A program made the position numbers and the translations under genes. From the NCBI GenBank assembly GCA_022072255.1, contig JAJVHZ010000027.1, forward strand, positions 18,660-82,659: 64,000 nt of DNA, in the 5' to 3' direction. Below, piece by piece: positions 8,777 to 18,959 of this stretch (the stretch's first letter is position 1; each line of letters opens with the position of its first letter). The notes beneath the pieces are model-generated. The model saw only the letters and a list, made by a program, of their open reading frames with translations, had not been told where the DNA came from and ran no database searches. The stretch is from Gammaproteobacteria bacterium (lineage in GTDB: Bacteria > Pseudomonadota > Gammaproteobacteria > JAJPIJ01).

Positions 8777-10594
8777 ATGAGCCGAATGGGAATTAGTTTC
8801 ACCGGCCTTTTGCTGGTTATTACGATTATCGGGACACTGTCCCTTCTTGAGTATTCTGGGACGGTTGCATCAATTCTATCGGGTGCCGGGAAATCCACTA
8901 TCCCCACCGCAGTGGCAGAAGGAAGCCCCGTGGCTTCCGAGGATGACGACCGGGAGACGGATTCCGGCGATGGCTGGAGCATGGAGACGCCACCTGCCAA
9001 CGACGAGGGCGCAGCCTCTGCTGTGAAAGCGGCGGGAGACACTTGTTGTCCTCCGGGTGCCAAGAATCCTACCTGCGAGGTCGGCGGGCTTTTCGACCCA
9101 TCGAAGATCGAGCAATACAAAGCCTCCGGGGACTGGTGTACGCCTCACGGGGTTCCCGAATCGATGTGCGTCAAATGTAATCCCAATCTAGTCGTCCAAT
9201 TCAAGGAGAAAGGCAACTGGTGCGCCGGCCATGAGCTTCCCGAATCTCTGTGTCCACTCTGCCACAAGGAGTTAGCGGAGGCTGGGGTCGGTCGCGATTG
9301 GTGCTCCGCGCACGGCCTCCCCGCGTCGCAATGCATCATCTGTAAGAACCGTTCAAAACAATCCACGGGCGAGAACGGCTTGGTATCTTCACTTCAAAAC
9401 CAAGTCGCAGAAATGGCACTCGAGCTCGTCCCCTCAGGAGATGGCGGAACGGATTCGAAAATCAGCGCGGCGAGCGGGATCGGCCAGAGAGTATCGATCA
9501 ATCCGAACTGCCTCCTTCACTTGGCTAAAATCCGGCTGGCCTCTCCAGAAATTGCGGAGAGCGCGGGATTGCAGGTGGAGAGTGCGCAAGCCGCGGACCG
9601 GAATCGGACTGTTGATTGTTACGGCGAGGTTCAATTCGACAAGACCAAATACGCTCTGATCTCACCCCGTAGCGGTGGCATCGTGAGAACGGTGGAAGTC
9701 GATCTGGGCCGGGCGGTGAAACGGGGCGATGTTCTGGCGAATGTCGATTCGATCGAATTTGGCCGCGCCAAAGCAGATTACCTTCGGGCCTGGACCGAGT
9801 ACGAGCGTTGGACTTGGATGGACGAGTCTTTCGACCGCGCCATTAGTGTAGGTGGTATTGCCCTTAAGGAAAAAGTGGAAGCGAAATCTTCCCTTGACGC
9901 CGCCAGCGTGGAGATCGCCATCGCCGCTCAGGACCTTAGGAATTATGGACTCGAATCGGAAGATATCGAACGGATAAAACTGACCAATGACACCCGAACG
10001 GACCTTCCGGTGCGCGCTCCTTTCGATGGCACCGTGGTGGAGTTGAACGCTGTGGTCGGAGAAAGGGTCGTAGCAGGGGATCCACTTTGCTCGGTCGCCG
10101 ATTTGACCAGCGTGTGGGTAGTTGTCGATGTTTCCGCGAGCGATCTCCCGATGCTCGCCCTTGGGTCATCTCTGACGTTCCGGCCTGATAGTCTCATCGG
10201 TGAAACCTTTACGGGAACCGTGACTTGGATTTCGCCGAAACTCGACGAACGGACTCGGACGGCCAAAGCCCGGATGGAGATCCAAAATACGGACGGTCTC
10301 CTGCGTGCCGGTCAATTCGGACGCGGGTCTATTCAGGAAGAAGAGTTCCCGGATGCAATCGTGGTTCCCCGCGAGGCGGTTCAATGGGACGGCTGCTGTA
10401 ACGTCATTTTCGTGGAGGAATCTCAAGGTGTATACGAAACACGCAAACTGCGCGTCGGCTCCGAAACCGAAACGGAACGCGTGATCCTCACTGGATTGGT
10501 TCCCGGCGAGCGTGTAGTCACAACCGGGAGTTATCTCCTAAAGACTGAAATCTTGAAGGGGAGTATTGGCGCCGGTTGCTGTGGAAACGACTAA
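8777..10594 (+). CDS. czcB: HME-RND periplasmic adaptor (CzcB-like) with three Cys/His repeats
   Basis: SD AAGGAG before ATG 8777; paralog of 635-2683 (QWDGCCN, KTEILKGSIGAGC). Confidence 0.85.
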   Translation: MSRMGISFTGLLLVITIIGTLSLLEYSGTVASILSGAGKSTIPTAVAEGSPVASEDDDRETDSGDGWSMETPPANDEGAASAVKAAGDTCCPPGAKNPTCEVGGLFDPSKIEQYKASGDWCTPHGVPESMCVKCNPNLVVQFKEKGNWCAGHELPESLCPLCHKELAEAGVGRDWCSAHGLPASQCIICKNRSKQSTGENGLVSSLQNQVAEMALELVPSGDGGTDSKISAASGIGQRVSINPNCLLHLAKIRLASPEIAESAGLQVESAQAADRNRTVDCYGEVQFDKTKYALISPRSGGIVRTVEVDLGRAVKRGDVLANVDSIEFGRAKADYLRAWTEYERWTWMDESFDRAISVGGIALKEKVEAKSSLDAASVEIAIAAQDLRNYGLESEDIERIKLTNDTRTDLPVRAPFDGTVVELNAVVGERVVAGDPLCSVADLTSVWVVVDVSASDLPMLALGSSLTFRPDSLIGETFTGTVTWISPKLDERTRTAKARMEIQNTDGLLRAGQFGRGSIQEEEFPDAIVVPREAVQWDGCCNVIFVEESQGVYETRKLRVGSETETERVILTGLVPGERVVTTGSYLLKTEILKGSIGAGCCGND

Positions 10595-10597
10595 GTC

Positions 10598-13500
10598 ATG
10601 CTGAAGATTCTCGGGGCAATTCTTTCGTGGTCGCTTAGGAACCGGTTACTGGTTCTGGTCCTGACTGGTCTGCTAGTGGTTACAGGGGTTGTGTCCCTTC
10701 AGCGCTTGCCGATTGACGCTTTTCCCGACACCTCGCCGACACAGGTTCAAGTCAACACAGTCGCGCCGAACCTGTCGCCTGAAGAGATCGAACGGCAAGT
10801 TACGATCCCGGTCGAACTCTCCCTTTCCGGAATGCCGGGAATCGTCGCGATGCGGTCTCTAACCAAATTCGGATTTTCCCAGGTCATCATCATTTTCGAC
10901 GACCATACTGACGTTTACAGGGCCCGACAAGTGGTGGGCGAACGCTTGCAGACCGTCGATCTTCCTGAAGGGATCGGCCCACCGGAGATGGGTCCCATCG
11001 CGACCGGGTTGGGGGAGGTCTTCCACTATCTCCTGACATCCACAACCCGCGACCTAACAGAACTGCGAACCCTTCATGACTGGGTGGTTCGGCCCATTCT
11101 TTCTTCGGTTCCGGGAGTCGCGGAAGTCAACACTTGGGGCGGGCTTGTCAAACAATACCAAGTCGTTATCGATCCGCTGCGGCTAGCCAAGCATGGCCTT
11201 TCTTTGGAGGAGTTGGTCGACGCTCTCAGGAAGAACAACTCCAATGTGGGGGGTGGAAACCTCGTTATTTCAGGCGAACAAATCCTTGTGCATGGCATCG
11301 GCCTGGCGCAGAACGTCGAAGATATCGAATCCATCCCTGTCGCCACTTTCGATGGAACTCCCATTCATGTCGCCGACCTCGCCGAGGTCCGTGTAGGGCA
11401 TGAAATCCGCCGGGGAGCGGTTACGGCGCACGGGGGAGGCGAAGCCGTGCTCGGTCTGGCCTTCATGCTGGTCGGTGAAAACTCACGTGTCGTAACTCAA
11501 AACCTCGAACGAAAGATGGAGGATGTTCGTCGCGCTCTCCCCGAGGACGTGGAGATCGAAGTCGTTTACAACCGAATCTCACTGGTCGACGGCGTTCTGG
11601 AGACGGTTCGTACCAACCTGTTGGAAGGCGCCCTCCTAGTTGTTGCGGTTTTGTTTCTCCTGATGGGGAATTTCAGGGCTGGGCTGATTACCGCGCTGGC
11701 CATTCCTCTTTCGATGCTCTTCGCCTTCAGCGCGATGCTCCGCTACGGGATCGCGGGCAGTCTGATGAGTCTAGGCGCCATCGACTACGGCATGTTCGTG
11801 GACAGCTCCGTCATCATGATCGAGAACAGTGCCCGACGCGCCGCGGAGGACGACGGCAGACGCCCCTTCAAGGAAGTCATCCGCGAGGCTTGTATGGAGG
11901 TCCGCCGTCCGACCCTTTTTGGAGAGGCGATCGTGATGATCGTCTTTCTTCCGATCCTCACGTTAGAGGGGATCGAAGGGAAAATGTTCCGGCCCATGGC
12001 GCTGACTTTCCTATTCTGCCTTTTGGGTTCCTCGATCCTGTCTCTCACCCTCATGCCGACTTTGGCTAGTTTCTTTCTCAAGCGCGGCAGCCGCCCACGC
12101 CCCAATCGACTGATGTCTGGACTTCTTTGGATCTACCGCCCCTTCTTGTCGGTCGCTCTGAAGGTCCCACTGTTGGTTGTCCTTGCGGCCTTGCTCCTGA
12201 TCGGCTTCTCTGCGTGGGTGGCAAGCGACCTCGGATCAGAGTTCGTGCCCAAACTCTCTGAAGGCTCTATCGTCGTCAATACGGTCCGGTTGGCCGGAGT
12301 TTCGTTGGAGGAATCCGTCCGCTACGGAACCCAACTGGAGAAAGCCTTGCTCAAAGAATTCCCGGACGAAATTGACCGCCTCTGGACCCGGACCGGCGCG
12401 CCGGAAGTGGCTACCGATCCGATGGGGCTGGAAGTCTCGGATATCTTCATCCGACTCAAACCACGCGAAACCTGGTCGCGCGCGAAAACTCAGGAAGAGC
12501 TAGTCGAACGGATGAGCGTAACCCTTGCGGCATTTCCGGGAATGCGGGCCGTTTTCACTCAGCCGATCGAAATGCGGATGGCAGAGATGGTGGCGGGTTC
12601 CCGGGCAAATCTGGCGGTCCGAGTCTTGGGCGATGACCTTAAGGAGTTGGAGCGGGTGGGGACGGAGGTGGACGCTCTGCTGCGTACGGTCGAAGGAAGC
12701 GCCGATGTCCGCAGAGACCAGCTCACGGGGCAGCCGATCCTTCGAGCGAAACTTAAAAAAACCGCATTGGCCCGACACGGTATCGCGGGGAGTGAAGTCC
12801 TCGACCTAATCGAGGCTATCGGGGGTCTTAAGGTGGGCGAAATCCGTGAAGGCGAACGCCGTTTCGATCTAGCGATACGTCTTGACGACCGTTACCGCGG
12901 CGAGCCGGAAGCCTTAAAAAAGGTCTTGGTCCCCGCTCCCAATGGCACGACCCTCCCTCTCGAGGCCTTGGTCGATCTCACTTTCGAGGAAGGACCGCAG
13001 ACGATCCGCCGCGAATGGGGAAAACGCCAGATCACCATCGAATGCAACGTGCGCGGTCGCGACATCGGGTCCTTCGTGGAAGAAGCGCAACAAAAGATTT
13101 TGGATGGAGTGTCAATTCCTGATGGGTATCTCGTCGAGTTCGGCGGACAGTTCGAGCACCTGATAGCGGCACGGCGCCGGCTGATGTTCGTCGTACCGCT
13201 GTCTCTCGGCCTCATCCTCGTGTTGCTGTATCTGACTTACCAAAGCGTGCGCGACGCCATCCTGATCTTTACGCAAGTGCCATTTGCGGTGGTGGGAGGC
13301 GTATTTGCACTTTATTTCTCCGGACTCCCCTTTACAATTTCGGCGGCGGTGGGATTCGTTGCGCTATCCGGCATTGCCATACAGAACGGTTTGGTCGTCA
13401 TCTCGTATGCCCGCAGCCTGATGCGCCGTGGTTCAGCCCTTCGAGAGGCAATCCAGGAAAGTGCCCTGGTACGCCTCCGTCCAGTCTTGGCGACGGCGCT

Positions 13501-13693
13501 CACAGACGTGTTGGGTTTCATTCCAATGGCCCTCTCGACTGGCTTAGGTGCAGAGGTCCAACGTCCGTTGGCAACCGTCATCATCGGAGGGGCTGTTTCA
13601 TCCACGCTGCTGACGCTCCTTGTCTTGCCAGCGGTCTATTCCATTTTCGGAAAGCAGTTGGACCCGTCGGATGGAGAAGAAGATTCCGGTTGA
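10598..13693 (+). CDS. czcA: HME-RND permease, CzcA-type (second copy)
   Basis: 1031 aa; IDAFPDTSPTQVQVNT, GAIDYGMFVDSSVIMIEN, EVQRPLATVIIGG. Confidence 0.92.
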   Translation: MLKILGAILSWSLRNRLLVLVLTGLLVVTGVVSLQRLPIDAFPDTSPTQVQVNTVAPNLSPEEIERQVTIPVELSLSGMPGIVAMRSLTKFGFSQVIIIFDDHTDVYRARQVVGERLQTVDLPEGIGPPEMGPIATGLGEVFHYLLTSTTRDLTELRTLHDWVVRPILSSVPGVAEVNTWGGLVKQYQVVIDPLRLAKHGLSLEELVDALRKNNSNVGGGNLVISGEQILVHGIGLAQNVEDIESIPVATFDGTPIHVADLAEVRVGHEIRRGAVTAHGGGEAVLGLAFMLVGENSRVVTQNLERKMEDVRRALPEDVEIEVVYNRISLVDGVLETVRTNLLEGALLVVAVLFLLMGNFRAGLITALAIPLSMLFAFSAMLRYGIAGSLMSLGAIDYGMFVDSSVIMIENSARRAAEDDGRRPFKEVIREACMEVRRPTLFGEAIVMIVFLPILTLEGIEGKMFRPMALTFLFCLLGSSILSLTLMPTLASFFLKRGSRPRPNRLMSGLLWIYRPFLSVALKVPLLVVLAALLLIGFSAWVASDLGSEFVPKLSEGSIVVNTVRLAGVSLEESVRYGTQLEKALLKEFPDEIDRLWTRTGAPEVATDPMGLEVSDIFIRLKPRETWSRAKTQEELVERMSVTLAAFPGMRAVFTQPIEMRMAEMVAGSRANLAVRVLGDDLKELERVGTEVDALLRTVEGSADVRRDQLTGQPILRAKLKKTALARHGIAGSEVLDLIEAIGGLKVGEIREGERRFDLAIRLDDRYRGEPEALKKVLVPAPNGTTLPLEALVDLTFEEGPQTIRREWGKRQITIECNVRGRDIGSFVEEAQQKILDGVSIPDGYLVEFGGQFEHLIAARRRLMFVVPLSLGLILVLLYLTYQSVRDAILIFTQVPFAVVGGVFALYFSGLPFTISAAVGFVALSGIAIQNGLVVISYARSLMRRGSALREAIQESALVRLRPVLATALTDVLGFIPMALSTGLGAEVQRPLATVIIGGAVSSTLLTLLVLPAVYSIFGKQLDPSDGEEDSG

Positions 13694-13855
13694 ATCGTGG
13701 AATTCTTGGAAGCGGTAGAATGGGTGGAAGCCTAATAACCTTATGCCTTCGGGGGGATATATCAGTGTAAGAGATGGCTCCCACATGTTGTGTGTACAAG
13801 GGGCAGAGTTTCTGCCCTTGAATTAGAACTCTCAGAAAGTTGGAGGAAGTCAATC

Positions 13856-14419
13856 ATGAGATGCACTCTTAAGAGTCTGGTCGTCACATTCATGGCAGTT
13901 GCCTTTTGCACGTTCCTTGCAGCAAGACCGGTAGTCGCCGCAGAATCAAAGGAAGGAGATTTCGAGTACCTCTACGGAAACCACTATTGCCCAGCATGCA
14001 ATTACTCGGACCTTGTTGACCCCCAATTCCACGCGGATATCTCGAACAAGAAAGCGGGCGCGTTTGCCCGTATTTATGTATGCTCTGCCGGCTGCGTCGA
14101 CAAGATCAAGAAAGACATTGCAAAGTACTACACCGAAATCTACCGAACCGATAAGAAGACAGGAAAAGAGAAACCAGCACTGGATCTCAAGAATAAAACC
14201 TGTCCTATGAGTGGCGAAGCCATTGATGGGAAAACCTCCATCGAATACAACGGAATGATCGTACACTTCTGCTGCGCGGATTGCACTAAGTCATTCGTAA
14301 AAGACCCCGAACCTGGTATGCGCAAATTACTGCCTGAAGCGAAGGAGTACAAGTTTCCCAAAAAGCCCGAGGGACAGGGCAATGCTCATGAAGGTCATAC
14401 CGACCACGATGGCAAATAG
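13856..14419 (+). CDS. exported Cys-rich double YHS-like metal-binding protein (copy 1 of 3)
   Basis: SD GGAGG; signal peptide; YGNHYCPAC..YVCSAGC..KNKTCPMSGE..YNGMIVHFCCADC; His-rich tail. Confidence 0.7.
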   Translation: MRCTLKSLVVTFMAVAFCTFLAARPVVAAESKEGDFEYLYGNHYCPACNYSDLVDPQFHADISNKKAGAFARIYVCSAGCVDKIKKDIAKYYTEIYRTDKKTGKEKPALDLKNKTCPMSGEAIDGKTSIEYNGMIVHFCCADCTKSFVKDPEPGMRKLLPEAKEYKFPKKPEGQGNAHEGHTDHDGK

Positions 14420-14752
14420 GGCTTGAGAACCGGAAACGCCGCCTGGCATGACGGACTTAGTGAAGTGTTCGCGACGCCTTTTGGGTCTTCGTACAGGTCC
14501 AATTCGCGATGCTGGGCGGCGTCTTCGCACTGTCTGGGTGGGGACTCCCATTTGTCGTCTCAGTAGTCTGAGTTTGGACCATTCGATTGAGATCACCGAA
14601 GGGAAATATCGCGGTCTGACAGGCTCCGCGCGATAGAATCTGGCAGGGCTGTTACGTCTCCTACTCTTGAAAATCCACGTGGCATGTCTATGATCTTGTA
14701 ACCTTCTTGCAGGAATCTATGACCGGTGGATACGGCATGAAAGGGCACAACA

Positions 14753-16105
14753 ATGACTCGAAGCACCCTAACCTTGACGGTCCTTCTATTCGTGGTGTCA
14801 GCGGTGTTCACGCCGAGCGGGACCAGTGCACAAATCCTGAACTCTGCAGGGTCGGTCCCACCAGCCCAATCCGGAGTGGTTCTCTCACCCATCGAAGATC
14901 TTGACCTCCCTCTGGAAGAAGCGGGTCTGGTGGCCTATGGCGAAACCCCAGCCATAGGCGGAGCGGTAGCTGGGTTGGATCTGAACACAATTGTCGATCT
15001 CGCGTGTCGTCAGAGCCCGCGGTTATCCGTTCAGCGAGCCAAACTCACTGCCTCGCAGATGCGATCCATGGCCACGGGGCTGCTTCCAAATCCCACTGTT
15101 GAGGGAGGCGTGAAGAAGGTCTCCGGCGATGGGACAGGACCGCTCCTCACAATCAGCCAGGAACTCCCGGTCAATGGCGTCCTCGGTTTGGAACGCCAGG
15201 CAGCGAACCTTGAGTACAGCGCCGATCGCGCTGCTCTCTCTCGCGAGGTTCAGACTGTTCTGAGTGAGGTCCAGACCACTTACATCCGAGTTCTCGCCAC
15301 CTTGGAACTTATGGCTGTGGAGCAGCATGGCCTGGAGGTAGCTGGCAGTTCGCTCAAACTTGTGTCCGAAACGCTCAAAGCGGGCCTCGTTTCCCCTCTC
15401 CCCTTTAACCTCGCCCAGGCAGAATACTCCAATTCAAGAACCTCTCACATGCTGGCTCAGCGCGAGACCGTGCTGGCGCGTGAGGAGTTGGCCGCGCTGC
15501 TTGGAATGAAGGGTGAGTCTCTTCCTGCGGTGTCAGGGGATCTGAGGCAGTCTCTTCTTCTGCCTGGAATGGATCCGTCGCAAAGAAACCGGGGTGATCT
15601 CCAGGCCGCCAACCTGCGTGTCCAAGCCGCCCAGTCCTCAGTAGCTGCGGCTAACCGCGACCGGATTCCCAACCCCGTCATCGGTTACAGCCGGGAAGAG
15701 GCAGGCGATGATTCAGAGAACTTCTTCACCATCGGCCTCGAGGTCCCGGTCTTCAACAACAAACGTCCTAAGGTCTATCAGCGTCAGGCCGAACAACTGG
15801 CGGCGGTGAGTGAGAAGAGCGCACTCGCCAAAACCATTGAGGCGGAAGTGGGCCAGGCAGCCATCCGACTCGAGGCCAAGCGCGAGGCGGTGCAAATCTA
15901 TGAGACCGAAGTGCGGCCTTCAATCGAGAAGTCCCTTGAGTCCGCTAACCTCGCCTTCCAAAGTGGCACCACCGACCTGAGCCTCCTCTTGCAGACCCAG
16001 ACCCGCTTGATCGAACACGAGCGTAGCGCCATCCGCGCAATGGAGGATTTACGCAAGGCCGAGATCGGTTATCTGTTCGCCCTGGGTGCTGTGCGGGATC
16101 GATAG
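14753..16105 (+). CDS. TolC/CzcC-family outer membrane channel
   Basis: Signal peptide; two OEP-like repeats (LLPNPTVE, RIPNPVIG..TIGLEVPVFN); follows the czcBA-type genes. Confidence 0.85.
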   Translation: MTRSTLTLTVLLFVVSAVFTPSGTSAQILNSAGSVPPAQSGVVLSPIEDLDLPLEEAGLVAYGETPAIGGAVAGLDLNTIVDLACRQSPRLSVQRAKLTASQMRSMATGLLPNPTVEGGVKKVSGDGTGPLLTISQELPVNGVLGLERQAANLEYSADRAALSREVQTVLSEVQTTYIRVLATLELMAVEQHGLEVAGSSLKLVSETLKAGLVSPLPFNLAQAEYSNSRTSHMLAQRETVLAREELAALLGMKGESLPAVSGDLRQSLLLPGMDPSQRNRGDLQAANLRVQAAQSSVAAANRDRIPNPVIGYSREEAGDDSENFFTIGLEVPVFNNKRPKVYQRQAEQLAAVSEKSALAKTIEAEVGQAAIRLEAKREAVQIYETEVRPSIEKSLESANLAFQSGTTDLSLLLQTQTRLIEHERSAIRAMEDLRKAEIGYLFALGAVRDR

Positions 16106-16352
16106 GCGTGGAGCGGTCAAGGGGCATCCGCTACAAATGCCAACGGCGGATTCCCCCGGCCATATATCAAGCATTTCGCCACCCGTGAGGATTGCCCATA
16201 TTAGGTCCCTCCCCCTCCCGCTCTGGAACCTTAGTCTCCATCAACCTCACCCGAAATTGGCCACGGGGCCCCGCTGCGAAACGCGACATGGGAAAGCCAG
16301 ACAATTCCGTAATAAACAATCCAAGTCCCACACAAGCCAATCTACAACGCCG

Positions 16353-16928
16353 TCAGCCCGATTTCGTGAAAACCAGCCCATAGTGAAAGGGTGGCAAGTC
16401 GAGCACCCCAGATGGCGTAGGAACCAGTCCAGCTTGCAATGACCATTCACAGCATTGCTCCGGTCGCGGGCGGATGTCCATCGATGGCCCGCGAGGTGTC
16501 GAGGGATCATAGCGCCAATGAATGACGTGAATGAGACCTCCTGGACGAATCACTCGCGACGCCTCCTCCAGGACTCCAACAGGGCCCTCACAGTGGAGGA
16601 TGTTGAATAACAGACAAGCATCTTGGGAATCTGAAGCAACACCAAAACCCTCAGTGAACACATCTCGAACACTGCAACTGATGTTCAGCACACCGGCGTC
16701 TGTAGCTCGTTCTCGAGTTCTTTCAACCATGTCCGAGTCGATATCATATGTCCCCAAGAGGCCTGAGATTCGTTTTGCGACGGGAAGACTGAATGTGCCG
16801 TAGCCGCATCCCAGCTCGACGACATTCCGCAGCTTGTCATCAATCTCAAGCCGGTCAAGGATGAGTGGTACATCGAACAGAGTCTCCCAGTAGCCCTCTT
16901 CGGGCATACCACTCTGACGCAGTTTCAT
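16353..16928 (-). CDS. class I SAM-dependent methyltransferase
   Basis: VVELGCGYGTF motif I, YDID acidic motif, LLFNILH, VIRPGG. Confidence 0.85.
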   Translation of the reverse strand: MKLRQSGMPEEGYWETLFDVPLILDRLEIDDKLRNVVELGCGYGTFSLPVAKRISGLLGTYDIDSDMVERTRERATDAGVLNISCSVRDVFTEGFGVASDSQDACLLFNILHCEGPVGVLEEASRVIRPGGLIHVIHWRYDPSTPRGPSMDIRPRPEQCCEWSLQAGLVPTPSGVLDLPPFHYGLVFTKSG

Positions 16929-16940
16929 GGTTGGAGGTGG

Positions 16941-17261
16941 TCAGACCGTGACCAGACGGTCGGAGTCGCGGACGATCTCGTAGTGGTCCTTTAGAGTCGA
17001 GAGAGGGCAGATTTCGGAACCCGCTGATTCACGTATCTTCAGGCAAGTCTCACAGGCGTAGAACCGTCCCCCAGCGTCGAGAACGATTCGCGCCTGCTCA
17101 CGTACATTGAACCGAGCGTCCTCTATCTTATCCATTTCGACACCTCGGCCGGACAGAAAAATCCTCACGTCATCCCCTTGATCCAGGCTGTACTTGGCCA
17201 AACGCAGGACGTTGAATACTGTCTCCGCGTCAGTTTGAGTGATCACAATGCCCAGATTCAT
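16941..17261 (-). CDS. DsrE/DsrF-like family protein
   Basis: 106 aa; VRIFLSGRGVE and ACETCLKIR motifs; ends SDRLVTV. Confidence 0.75.
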   Translation of the reverse strand: MNLGIVITQTDAETVFNVLRLAKYSLDQGDDVRIFLSGRGVEMDKIEDARFNVREQARIVLDAGGRFYACETCLKIRESAGSEICPLSTLKDHYEIVRDSDRLVTV

Positions 17262-17314
17262 TCCAAACCCTCCTCGCTACCCAACGTGGTCTTTTCCAAC
17301 GTGTTGTCAGATCA

Positions 17315-18127
17315 CTATTCCCCTGTGGAGGCTTCGTTCCATGCACATGCAGCATGGTGAACGAGGCGCAGAGAATCCGCGCAGCCGTTGTCTCCCCCCT
17401 TCTCGAAATCACCCTGAATCCTGCCCATCTGGTTTGTGACATGGGCGAAACAGACGACCGGCTTCTTCTTTGCTTCCGCAAAGGCGTAAAGAGAGGCGGC
17501 CTCCATCTCGACCGCAAGGATGCCCTCATTGCGCGCCTCCCCGATTGCATACTCGGTCTCCCGGTAAGGTGCATCAGTCGTCCATACTCTTCCCGTCTCC
17601 ACCCGAGGTGAGAAATGGTCGAAAGCGTTAACGAGGACCTCGCGAATAGATTGGTTCAGATGGGCATATCTTGAGGGAGGGAGGTAATGATAGCTGGTCC
17701 CTTCGTCCCGTAGAGCCGATTCGATCAACACAAAGTAGGGTGGATCCCAGTGTGTTGTGATCTGACCCGCGGATGTGATGCTAATCAGCAACTCACAGCC
17801 GGAAACGAACAGCTGCTCGGCAAGCAGGACAGCGAACGATCCCCCGACGGCACATCCGATAGTGCCATAGAGCTGACCCTCATGTTCGAACTCATAGAGA
17901 TCCGTGTGGTAGCAGGGCCAGGATCTGCAAGGTCTTCCTCGTTCGAGAGTCCGGAGATACGTGACAAGATCCCCATCCGGATCAAGGATACAGATGGAGG
18001 GCACACGTCCTTCAGGAACTGACTTCTGGCGGCGAGCCTCCCGTAAGAGGTTGTCTGGCAGGAAAGCCGAAGGACTCGAATACTGTTTTCGTGTAAGTAA
18101 CGGCACCTCAGTCAGACTCATGGTCAC
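17315..18127 (-). CDS. nucleoside phosphorylase (PNP/UDP family 1) domain protein
   Basis: ISITSAG, ALRDEGTSYHY, WTTDAPYRET, AVEMEAA motifs. Confidence 0.85.
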   Translation of the reverse strand: MTMSLTEVPLLTRKQYSSPSAFLPDNLLREARRQKSVPEGRVPSICILDPDGDLVTYLRTLERGRPCRSWPCYHTDLYEFEHEGQLYGTIGCAVGGSFAVLLAEQLFVSGCELLISITSAGQITTHWDPPYFVLIESALRDEGTSYHYLPPSRYAHLNQSIREVLVNAFDHFSPRVETGRVWTTDAPYRETEYAIGEARNEGILAVEMEAASLYAFAEAKKKPVVCFAHVTNQMGRIQGDFEKGGDNGCADSLRLVHHAACAWNEASTGE

Positions 18128-18464
18128 ACTTCACTCTTCGTAACTTACCTTCACGGCGGACGGAGACCGCAGATCGTGTTTTCAGCGGGTAGTCTTCGGA
18201 GAGGAATCTAATCAGGGCCGTCACCAGGCTCGGTCTGGTCAGGTAGTAACACCGGAGATTTCCATCCTCGTGAAAATCCACCAAACCCTCTCGCCGGAGA
18301 ATCACCAAGTGTTGCGAAACGTTTGCCTGTCCGACATCGAGCAACTCCTCGATGTCAGAGACACACTTGGCCCCCCTCCGGAGTTCCTCCAGAATGGCCA
18401 AACGGGTCGGGTTTCCGAGGACTTTCAGTAGATCAGACTTCTTTCTCAGATCAGGATCTTTCAC
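18108..18464 (-). CDS. ArsR/SmtB-family transcriptional regulator
   Basis: LKVLGNPTRLAILEEL..CVSDIEELL..QANVSQHLVILRREGLV winged-HTH signature. Confidence 0.9.
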   Translation of the reverse strand: MKDPDLRKKSDLLKVLGNPTRLAILEELRRGAKCVSDIEELLDVGQANVSQHLVILRREGLVDFHEDGNLRCYYLTRPSLVTALIRFLSEDYPLKTRSAVSVRREGKLRRVKCDHESD

Positions 18465-18768
18465 CGACGAGGCCCTATCCTTCCTATAGGCGTCCCTCCT
18501 CAGCGGAGGACAACTGCATGGTTCAAGATTATATTCGCATACTCGAATATATCTGTCCTATAGAATGCGGTCAAGGCCCCCTACGCTCCTCCGGATCGGC
18601 ACAACCTTTGAGTACCCCCTCCGTTTTCCCTTGGGAGTAACATCCCACCGGAGGTGCAACTCTATGCGTAAACCCAAGACCAAACTCGGATGGATCAGGC
18701 AATGGCTCAAGAGAAAATGGAGTCAGACAGGTACCCGGCACGGGACATACGAACGTGTTGTGGTGATC

Positions 18769-18959
18769 CTAACCACCCCCTTTACGCAGGCGGTAAAGGA
18801 TCTGTCGTAGTTCGTTCATGTGGATAGGCTCCATGTCTCCCCCAAAGTCATCAGAGTTGGAGGGATGGTAGATCCCGATTCCCCCGGGTCAAACCGGCCG
18901 ATCCCAGGTGGGTCAATCCGGTCGACTATAGGTGGGTCAATTTAGGGCGGTGATTGAGA
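18769..18959 (-). mobile_element. IS21-family remnant: terminal repeat array plus 21-codon istA-like start
   Basis: Minus strand begins TCTCAATCACCGCCCTAAATTGACCCACC; three TTGACCC repeats at 23-24 bp period (18887, 18910, 18934); then SD and MEPIHMNELRQILYRLRKGGG* (18834-18769). Confidence 0.65.

Noticed and set aside
13801-13817. GGGCAGA-GTT-TCTGCCC hairpin as a terminator
   Set aside because: No U-tract on either strand and it lies 40 nt upstream of a co-oriented gene; role undetermined
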